Below, in pieces: positions 57,236 through 64,000 of a stretch of 64,000 nucleotides of DNA. The position numbers and the translations under genes were made by a program. Under the pieces are notes generated by a model. That model was given only the letters and a program-made list of their open reading frames with translations. It had not been told where the DNA came from and did no database searches. The first letter of the stretch is position 1; every line of letters begins with the position of its first letter. The DNA comes from Candidatus Falkowbacteria bacterium. GTDB taxonomy: Bacteria > Patescibacteriota > Patescibacteriia > Patescibacteriales > WJLG01. The stretch is taken from positions 26,659 to 90,658 of the forward strand of contig CAVVFV010000012.1 of assembly GCA_963747695.1 (NCBI GenBank). Direction: 5' to 3'.

Positions 57236-57505
57236 ATGGCGGGATCATACAAAGCCAAAAGATTGTTGAGAGATGACGATAATATGCTGGAACTGAAGGC
57301 CGAAGGCGCGCTGTTCTGCGTGAAAGATGAAAATGTGGGTCTGCTCGTCGCTGAAAATGCCAGCGGGATATCAGTAATGGCCGGAAGAAATGGCAAGATA
57401 ACGCTTTGCGGACAAAGTCAAAATTTACGTAATCTGCTAAACGCGATCGGTCCGCACCGCATCAATCTTGCGCCCCTGCAGACGTATACCGACAAGAGAA
57501 AATAA
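57236..57505 (+). CDS. Small hypothetical protein (89 aa)
   Basis: RBS aggggg; weak similarity to next ORF. Confidence 0.35.
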   Translation: MAGSYKAKRLLRDDDNMLELKAEGALFCVKDENVGLLVAENASGISVMAGRNGKITLCGQSQNLRNLLNAIGPHRINLAPLQTYTDKRK

Positions 57506-57544
57506 CCTCGAGCCGGGACGCCCATTTAAACAAGGAGAAAGAAA

Positions 57545-57826
57545 ATGGATCAAGCAACAAGCATAAAAGTCGAAAGTCTGAAAAGAATCAAAGGCACGCA
57601 TTATGGCCTGACCATCAACAAGCTGGAAGGCAAAGAGGAAGTTAAGGTCTGGGCAGGGTGGGACGGGATGGTTATCCTTAAGGTATTGGGGGATGCAGAA
57701 TCCGTTTTCGCCGCAATTCAGCCGGATAATTCGGTAATGCTTTGGGGGACGAAAGAGAAACTGCGCGATCTGCTTACCTCAATCGGTCACAATGTGATCG
57801 AGGATCTCGCGTTGTCGGATCACTAA
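57545..57826 (+). CDS. Small hypothetical protein (93 aa), tandem paralog of 57236
   Basis: RBS aaggag; shared C-terminal pattern with upstream ORF. Confidence 0.35.
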   Translation: MDQATSIKVESLKRIKGTHYGLTINKLEGKEEVKVWAGWDGMVILKVLGDAESVFAAIQPDNSVMLWGTKEKLRDLLTSIGHNVIEDLALSDH

Positions 57827-57963
57827 CGAGTTTCGATCGGATAGAACTGTTTGCCAAGACAGTTCTTTTTTTGCTTTTATAGTCCATCGATAGTATAATT
57901 TAAATGAAACATCGGCCTATGTTTCATTTTAAGATTGGCCAAAAAAACAATTCCTGCGAATCA

Positions 57964-59265
57964 ATGATAAATATATTTAAGAATAATACCTTTGCCAGAA
58001 ACAGCGTGATTTTGTTCGCCGGATCGATCGCCGCCAACTTGATGAATTATTTTTTTCATCTGGCGATCGGCCGGATGGTCAGCGCGGAAATTTACGGCCA
58101 GACCGAATCGCTTATTTCGCTGATCGCCATAATTTCCGTGCCAGCGGCTACGCTTGGCCTCGTCGCGACTAAATTCGCGGCGGCGAGCAAGGCGGAAAAT
58201 AATCCTTCCGGCAGCCTGGGGCTGATGAAATATCTTAACCGCCAAGTGGTCATTTTCGGTTTGCCGATTTTTTTGATTGCTTTGGCGCTCACGCCGCTCG
58301 TCGCCAATTTTTTAAAGATCGGCAGCCTTTGGCCTTTGGTGATAATATGGGCGCTGATGTTCTTGTCTTTTTTCAGCGCGATTAATCTGGGAATCTTGGG
58401 CGGCTGGCAAAAATTCGTCGCGGTCAGCTGGAACGGCGTCATCGGGACGCTGGGCAAACTGATCTTTGGCGTTGGTTTGGTCGGTTTAGGTTTCGCATTG
58501 AATAGTATCGTGGGCAGTTTCTTGATCGGCGGCGTGATCGCTTATGCCGCTTCTATCATAATGCTGAAATTTTTAAAAAAGGGAGCGGGTGAGGTTAAAG
58601 GCAGCGGGATCAGCGGCATTAATTTTTCATCGGTTAAAAGCTATGTCTTCCCGGCTTTTGCCGGCAGTCTGGCCATCAACCTGCTGGGTAATATCGATAT
58701 GATTTTAGCCAAACACAATCTTGACTCGGTCTTGGCGGGCGGTTACGGCGCGCTGAACGTGATTTCCAAGATAATTTTTTTCGTCACCGGCATCCTGGCT
58801 TCCGTGCTTTTCGCTATGGCCGCCGAGCATGCCCATAAAAAAACCGACTCCGCGCCGATTTTGAAAACAGCGATCTGGCTGACGGTTATTTTCTGTCTGG
58901 CAGCGACCGTTTTTTATTTTTTGTTTCCGCATTTGATTCTGGAGATATTTTTCGGCGCCAAATATTTGGGCGTCGCCGCCTATCTGGGCTGGTTCGCGAT
59001 CAGTGTTTCGTTATTTTCGTTGGCCAATCTGATCTTGCAATATCTGTTGTCGATCCATGAGACTAGGATCGCTTATTTTTTCCTGATTATTTCGGCCCTG
59101 GCCGCCGTTTTTATCTTATTGCTTGGCAAGACTATTTTTGCTATCTTGATTATGATCAGCCTGAGCAATCTGGCCGGTGTTTTGATTGGCGCGATTTTTC
59201 TGTATCGTAAGCGATTTTCCGCGATAGTCGAGGAAACTACGCCGATAATTAATTACATTGAATAA
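57964..59265 (+). CDS. Wzx-like polysaccharide flippase (MOP superfamily)
   Basis: About 12-14 TM helices, polysaccharide biosynthesis protein pattern; alternate start 57904. Confidence 0.55.
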   Translation: MINIFKNNTFARNSVILFAGSIAANLMNYFFHLAIGRMVSAEIYGQTESLISLIAIISVPAATLGLVATKFAAASKAENNPSGSLGLMKYLNRQVVIFGLPIFLIALALTPLVANFLKIGSLWPLVIIWALMFLSFFSAINLGILGGWQKFVAVSWNGVIGTLGKLIFGVGLVGLGFALNSIVGSFLIGGVIAYAASIIMLKFLKKGAGEVKGSGISGINFSSVKSYVFPAFAGSLAINLLGNIDMILAKHNLDSVLAGGYGALNVISKIIFFVTGILASVLFAMAAEHAHKKTDSAPILKTAIWLTVIFCLAATVFYFLFPHLILEIFFGAKYLGVAAYLGWFAISVSLFSLANLILQYLLSIHETRIAYFFLIISALAAVFILLLGKTIFAILIMISLSNLAGVLIGAIFLYRKRFSAIVEETTPIINYIE

Positions 59266-59267
59266 AC

Positions 59268-60224
59268 GTGAATTATATGAATGAGAAAAAGTTGATTTCT
59301 TTGGTTGTGCCGATCTATAACGAAGAAAAAAATATCAACCTTTTTTATCAAGCTTTGTCCGGAATTTTAAATAGTTCGGCGGCGAATTTTGATTGGGAAT
59401 TGATCCTGGTCAACGATGGTTCAACCGATCAAGGCGCGGTCTTGATCGAGCAATTGGCGCGGACCGATAAGCGGATAAAATATTTGGAATTCTCCCGCAA
59501 CTTCGGCAAAGAGATCGCGACGACCGCCGGTTTGAACAATGCCCGCGGCGCGGCGGCGATTATGATCGATGCCGACCTGCAGCATCCGGTCGAACTGATT
59601 CCGGAATTGATCGCCAAATGGCAGAGCGGCGCGGAAGTCGTGATCGGCGTGCGCAAAAGTAATCGGGGCGAGGGGATAGTTAAGAAACTCGGTTCGGGAC
59701 TTTTTTATCAGATCATCAATAATATCGCGGAGATAAAAATCATTCCCCAAGCCACCGATTTTCGGCTGATCGATCGCGCCGTGATCGATGAGTTCAACCG
59801 CTTCAGCGAAAATAACCGGATGACCCGGGCCTTGATCGATTGGCTCGGTTTTAAGCGTGATTATATTTATTTTGACGCCCGCGAACGGACCGACGGCCAG
59901 GCCAAGTATGGTTTTTGGAAACTTTTTCATCTGGCGGTTTCCAGTTTTGTCTCCTTAAGCCTGTTGCCTTTGAAATTGGCCGGTTATCTGGGCATCTTGA
60001 TCGTTTTTTTCTCCGGCATTTTAGGAATATATATCCTGTTCGGCAAATATGTTTTTCATCTGGCTAACCCTTCGAGTTTTTCCGGCACAGCCCAGCTCGG
60101 TATCTTGATCATCTTTCTGGTGGGCATAATTTTAATCTCCCTGGGCTTGATCGCTTTGTACATCGCCAACATCCACGGCGAAGTCACGCACCGGCCGCTT
60201 TATGTGATCAGAAAAAGAAAATAA
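59268..60224 (+). CDS. GT2 polyprenol-phosphate glycosyltransferase (DPM1/GtrB/ArnC-like) with C-terminal TM helices
   Basis: LISLVVPIYNEEKNI...LILVNDGSTDQ...IMIDADLQHP. Confidence 0.75.
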   Translation: MNYMNEKKLISLVVPIYNEEKNINLFYQALSGILNSSAANFDWELILVNDGSTDQGAVLIEQLARTDKRIKYLEFSRNFGKEIATTAGLNNARGAAAIMIDADLQHPVELIPELIAKWQSGAEVVIGVRKSNRGEGIVKKLGSGLFYQIINNIAEIKIIPQATDFRLIDRAVIDEFNRFSENNRMTRALIDWLGFKRDYIYFDARERTDGQAKYGFWKLFHLAVSSFVSLSLLPLKLAGYLGILIVFFSGILGIYILFGKYVFHLANPSSFSGTAQLGILIIFLVGIILISLGLIALYIANIHGEVTHRPLYVIRKRK

Positions 60225-60232
60225 AATTAGAT

Positions 60233-60290
60233 CGTAGGAACGCAATATTTTGCGTTCAAATCATTAGAACGCAAAGTATTGCGTTCCTAC
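60233..60290. repeat. Repeat family A locus 5 (inverted pair) immediately upstream of next gene
   Basis: cgtaggaacgcaatattttgcgttc ... gaacgcaaagtattgcgttcctac. Confidence 0.8.
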
Positions 60291-60294
60291 CATT

Positions 60295-61269
60295 ATGGTT
60301 AAATACAGTTTTATCATTCCGGTCAAAGAGATCAATGATTATATCCGCGAAGCGATTCCGAAAATTTTGGCGATCAAACGCGATGATTTTGAGCTGATCA
60401 TTTATCCCGATATGGTCAGCGTTGAAAAATGGGACAAGACCAAACAGATTCCGGTGGCGGGCGGACCGGCGGCGAAAAGAACGCACGCGATCAAAGACGC
60501 GGCCGGTGAGATAATTATTTTTATCGATGACGATGCTTATCCGGCGGAAAATTATCTGGCCGTCTTGGACGAAGATTTCAAGGATGAAAAAGTCAAAGCC
60601 GTCGGCGGACCGGCGATCACGCCACCCGAGGACGGTTTTTGGCAAAAGGTTTCCGGCGCGGTTTTCTTGAGTTTTTATTCGGGCGGCAATCCGGAACGCT
60701 ACGCTTCCCGGGGAGGAAAATGTTCCGTCGACGATTGGCCGAGCGTTAATTTTGCGATCCGGAAGGCGCCTTTTGCCGAATTGGGCGGATTTCAAAGCGA
60801 ATTCTGGCCAGGAGAAGATACCAAATTGTGCCACGATTTAAATAATAAGTATCCCCAAAGCATAATCTATGATCCGGCGCTTGTCGTTTATCACCACCGC
60901 CGTCCCGGCCTTTTGCAACATCTCCGGCAGGTCGGCGCCTATGGTTTGCACCGCGGTTATTTTGTCAAACATTATCCGGAAACCTCTTTAAAATTAAAAT
61001 ATTTTCTCCCAGCGTTATTTTTAATTTTCATCATCATTGGCGCTCTTTTAAGCCTGATTGATCCGTTTTTCCTGATGATTTATTTATTCGGCTGGCTGGC
61101 TTATTTCTTGGCTTTGGCCAAAGCCATCCGCGATATCCGTCGCTCCGAAAAAAATCCGCTGGTCATCGCCAACGCAGTTTATTATATTCTCCTAACCCAC
61201 TTGACTTACGGGTTTTATTTTATCAAAGGTTTGATATTTACGAAGGAGTTGAAAAGTAAATTACGATAA
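60295..61269 (+). CDS. Glycosyltransferase family 2 with C-terminal TM region
   Basis: FSFIIPVKEINDYI...IIFIDDDAYP...EDTKLCHDL. Confidence 0.65.
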   Translation: MVKYSFIIPVKEINDYIREAIPKILAIKRDDFELIIYPDMVSVEKWDKTKQIPVAGGPAAKRTHAIKDAAGEIIIFIDDDAYPAENYLAVLDEDFKDEKVKAVGGPAITPPEDGFWQKVSGAVFLSFYSGGNPERYASRGGKCSVDDWPSVNFAIRKAPFAELGGFQSEFWPGEDTKLCHDLNNKYPQSIIYDPALVVYHHRRPGLLQHLRQVGAYGLHRGYFVKHYPETSLKLKYFLPALFLIFIIIGALLSLIDPFFLMIYLFGWLAYFLALAKAIRDIRRSEKNPLVIANAVYYILLTHLTYGFYFIKGLIFTKELKSKLR

Positions 61270-61561
61270 AAAATCCCCCTCTCGAGATGGGTGTCCGCCC
61301 CGGTTTGTCCGCCTCGGACGGAGCCGAACGGGGAGGTTTAGAAAAAAAGTCCCCTCCACGGGAGGGGTGGACAGTCCCTGACTGGACGGGGAGGGTCTAT
61401 TCCTGACATTATTATATTATTTTAAATAAGTCGGAAGGAATAATAATTTTAATATATTTACGTTTGCCTAATGAAAAATAAAGAATCAGGAATAATAATA
61501 GACCCACCCCGCCCTCGCTAATCACTCGGGCACCCCTCCCGTGGAGGGGACAAATTTAATT
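61270..61561. repeat. GC-rich hairpin modules in inverted orientation around an AT-rich core
   Basis: GTCCCCTCCACGGGAGGGGTG at 61349-61369 and its exact reverse complement CACCCCTCCCGTGGAGGGGAC at 61531-61551; inner arms gggtctattcctgacattatt / aataataatagaccc. Confidence 0.7.
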
Positions 61562-63016
61562 ATGAAAATCGCTATTTCTTTTCCGCCGCTAGAATCGCCC
61601 AAGGGCACGCCGCTCTTGACGCAGAACCGCCAATTCCAATGGTTCAATAGCCCTACATATATCTATCCGGTCATTCCGGCTTATTTGGCGACTTTATTGA
61701 AGCAAAACGGTCAGGAAGTCATTTGGGACGACGCTATCGCCGAAGGTTTAAGCTACGAGCAATGGCAGAAGAGAATAATTGAGCAAAAGCCGGACGTCGT
61801 CGTTATGGAAACAAAAACCCCGGTCATAAAAAGGCACTGGCAGATTATCAATCAATTAAAAATTAAAAATGAAAAATTAAAAATTATTTTAGTTGGGGAT
61901 CATATTACCGCTTTGCCGGATGAAAGTTTTGCTAATTCTCAGGTTGATTATACGGTCGCGGGCGGGGATTATGATTTTATCGTTGCTTCGATCATCAAAA
62001 AATTAAATAATCAGGGCGAGATGGAAGGCGGAGTTTATTGGCGCGAAAACGGATTAATCAAAAATTCAGGTAGCTATGATCCGAAAAAGCATTCGCTCGA
62101 CGAATTGCCGCTGATTGACCGCGAGTTAACGAAATGGAAATTATACGCTTACAAAAATGGCAATTTTAAATACACGCCCGGAACTTATCTGATGTCCGGC
62201 CGGGATTGCTGGTGGGGAAAATGTACCTTCTGTTCCTGGACCACGATGTTTCCGGGAAATTGTTTCCGTGTCCGTTCGGCCAAATTGGCTCTTGATGAAG
62301 TCGGGCATTTGATTGATCTCGGCGTCAAAGAAATTATGGAAGATTCCGGCAGCTTGCCGATCGGCGCCTGGCTGGAAGAATTCTGCCAGGGTATGATCGA
62401 TCGTGGCTATAATAAGAAAATTACGTTAAGCTGCAATATGCGGCTCAATGGCATCAGGGATGAAAAAATCTGGCAATTGATGAAGCGCGCCGGTTTCCGC
62501 TTTGTCTTGTTCGGTTTGGAATCGGCCAATCAGGCCACGCTGGATAAAATAAATAAAGGTTTGAAAGTCGAAGAAATCGAACCTGGTTTAAGAATGTGTA
62601 AAGCCGCCGGACTGGAACCGCATATCACCGCGATGATCGGTTATCCCTGGGAAACTTATGCTGATGCCAAGCGAACCGTCGATCTGGCCAAAGATTTATT
62701 TAAAAAGGATCTGGTGGATACTCTGCAGGCGACAATTTTGATTCCCTATCCGGGCACGCCGCTGTATAATTATTGCCAAGAGAATGATTTGTTGAATTTC
62801 ACCGATTATGATAGGTTTGATCAGCGCGAGCAAGTGATGAAAAGCCCGCTCACCACCGAGCAGGTCAAAGAATTAACCCAAGGTTTATACAAATCTTTTC
62901 TATCTCCTAAATTCATTATCAATAAAATTTTATCAATCCGCAATTTCGATGACATAAAATTCCTCTGCCGCTCCGGCCTAAAAGTCCTTGGGCATTTAAC
63001 TGATTTTGGGAAATAA
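61562..63016 (+). CDS. B12-binding domain radical SAM protein (class B)
   Basis: N-terminal B12-binding-like domain; CWWGKCTFC (Cx4Cx2C) cluster motif; start ATG 61562. Confidence 0.75.
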   Translation: MKIAISFPPLESPKGTPLLTQNRQFQWFNSPTYIYPVIPAYLATLLKQNGQEVIWDDAIAEGLSYEQWQKRIIEQKPDVVVMETKTPVIKRHWQIINQLKIKNEKLKIILVGDHITALPDESFANSQVDYTVAGGDYDFIVASIIKKLNNQGEMEGGVYWRENGLIKNSGSYDPKKHSLDELPLIDRELTKWKLYAYKNGNFKYTPGTYLMSGRDCWWGKCTFCSWTTMFPGNCFRVRSAKLALDEVGHLIDLGVKEIMEDSGSLPIGAWLEEFCQGMIDRGYNKKITLSCNMRLNGIRDEKIWQLMKRAGFRFVLFGLESANQATLDKINKGLKVEEIEPGLRMCKAAGLEPHITAMIGYPWETYADAKRTVDLAKDLFKKDLVDTLQATILIPYPGTPLYNYCQENDLLNFTDYDRFDQREQVMKSPLTTEQVKELTQGLYKSFLSPKFIINKILSIRNFDDIKFLCRSGLKVLGHLTDFGK

Positions 63017-63090
63017 AAATTTTTCACCTCCTTTCTCCCACTCCTCTGGCGCTCCGAGGGACAGGCAAGGATAGGCGTAGGGACAGTTGC

Positions 63091-63142
63091 TTTTTTGTCA
63101 TCCCGAGTGCCGCGCGAGGGATCTATTTCCGAGGACAGGGAT
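63091..63142. repeat. Partial family K copy
   Basis: ttttttgtcatcccgagtgccgcgcgagggatctatttccgaggacagggat. Confidence 0.6.
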
Positions 63143-63212
63143 TATCTACGAAAAATCCTACCGTTGATTGCCGCAAATATTTTTGAGATTATTGTTTGAT
63201 AAATTGAAATAT

Positions 63213-64000
63213 ATGCCTAATCCTTCAGTAAGCATTGTCATTCCCACCAAAAACGAAGAAAAAAATATTGAGAACTGCCTGCAATCAATCCAGGCACAGA
63301 GTTATTCCAATCTTGAAATCATCGTTATTGATAATAATTCCGATGATAGAACCAAAGAAATCGTCTCTTCGTTTTGTCATTCTCGCGCCGGCGGCTTGCC
63401 TGCCGGTCAGGCAGGGAATCCAGGATGTCCGCCGGTAAGTTTTTTTAATTATGGTCCCGAGCGATCAGCGCAAAGGAATTACGGCCTGATTCAAAAGGCG
63501 AAAGGGGAGTATGCCATGTTCCTGGACGCCGATATGACTTTATCGCCCGATTTAATAAAATGTTGTGTGGAATTTATCACCAAGAGCAATTGCGTCGCCT
63601 TACATATCAGCGAAATAGTTTTAGGTAATAGTTTTTGGTCACGAGTCCGCCGGTTTGAAAGATCCTTTTACGATGGTACAGTGATTGACGGCGCCCGCTT
63701 TTTCCGGCGTGATGTTTTTGCTCAAGTTGGAGGATTTGATGAAACGATGAGCGGCCCGGAAGATTGGGATCTGGATAAGAAATTAAAACAAATCGGCACC
63801 ACCGGCCTGGTTCCGTCTAACAATAACCAAGCGGTAATCTATCACAACGAAGCTGAGTTTGATCTAAAAAAATATCTAAGCAAAAAAAGTTACTATGCCG
63901 CCAGTTTTGCCGCTTATATCGATAAATGGAGCAAGAATGATCCGGATGTGCGTAAACAATTTAGCTTCAGTTACCGTTATTTTGGCGTTTTTTGGGAAAA
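63213..64000 (+). CDS. Glycosyltransferase family 2 (3' end outside window; not in ORF track because no stop in window)
   Basis: Hand translation: MPNPSVSIVIPTKNEEKNIENCLQSIQAQSYSNLEIIVIDNNSDDRTKEIV...GEYAMFLDADM...; open to window end. Confidence 0.7.
   Translation, partial: MPNPSVSIVIPTKNEEKNIENCLQSIQAQSYSNLEIIVIDNNSDDRTKEIVSSFCHSRAGGLPAGQAGNPGCPPVSFFNYGPERSAQRNYGLIQKAKGEYAMFLDADMTLSPDLIKCCVEFITKSNCVALHISEIVLGNSFWSRVRRFERSFYDGTVIDGARFFRRDVFAQVGGFDETMSGPEDWDLDKKLKQIGTTGLVPSNNNQAVIYHNEAEFDLKKYLSKKSYYAASFAAYIDKWSKNDPDVRKQFSFSYRYFGVFWE
63374..63424 (+). repeat. Family-L-like element with internal palindromic expansion, embedded in frame within GT2 coding sequence
   Basis: ttgtcattctcgcgccggcggcttgcctgccggtcaggcagggaatccagg (51 bp = 17 codons, encodes CHSRAGGLPAGQAGNPG). 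Confidence 0.6.

Noticed and set aside
61541-61561. Track start (GTG 61541) for the B12-radical SAM gene
   Set aside because: Lies inside the GC hairpin module; ATG 61562 (MKIAISFPPLE) is the more plausible start.

Overview
This 64 kb window reads as a compact bacterial chromosome segment (about 45-50% GC) whose gene content looks like a Candidate Phyla Radiation / Patescibacteria-type genome, but I cannot confirm that from this sequence alone.

**Core genes present:** a 5'-partial TPR protein, prepilin peptidase, ftsA-ftsZ, archaeal-type class I fructose-bisphosphate aldolase, iPGM, two tandem 58-aa ferredoxins that the ORF track missed, rplJ-rplL, the mraZ-rsmH-ftsL-ftsI-murF segment, an ECF sigma / anti-sigma pair, a DapB-like reductase, rplU, a CYTH protein, recR (with an apparent frameshift), ybaB and dnaB.

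**ATP synthase operon:** a complete F-type operon (atpZ-like, atpB, E, F, H, A, G, D, C; 14157-23947) is interrupted by several low-GC inserted genes and repeat elements.

**Surface glycan region:** a large cluster carries a Wzz-like protein, a LysM secreted protein, paralogous secreted-protein and lipoprotein families, a radical SAM/SPASM enzyme, a Wzy/O-antigen-ligase-like protein, three GT4 and five GT2 glycosyltransferases, Wzx, RmlA and a B12-binding radical SAM enzyme.

**Most striking signals:**
- Nearly every intergenic spacer holds its own inverted-repeat (MITE-like) element, and about 12 sequence families recur through the window.
- Small low-GC cargo genes sit inside repeat-bounded cassettes in the atp operon: a GIY-YIG nuclease between perfect 29-bp TIRs and an Avd-like four-helix-bundle protein between inverted repeats.
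- Two diverged ~255-265 bp intergenic elements (10190-10443 and 54220-54485) have a promoter-like 5' end and a terminator-like 3' end, show compensatory base changes, and are a candidate novel structured ncRNA.
- A repeat element is inserted in frame inside a GT2 coding sequence (63374-63424).

No tRNA, rRNA, CRISPR array or integrase was detected.
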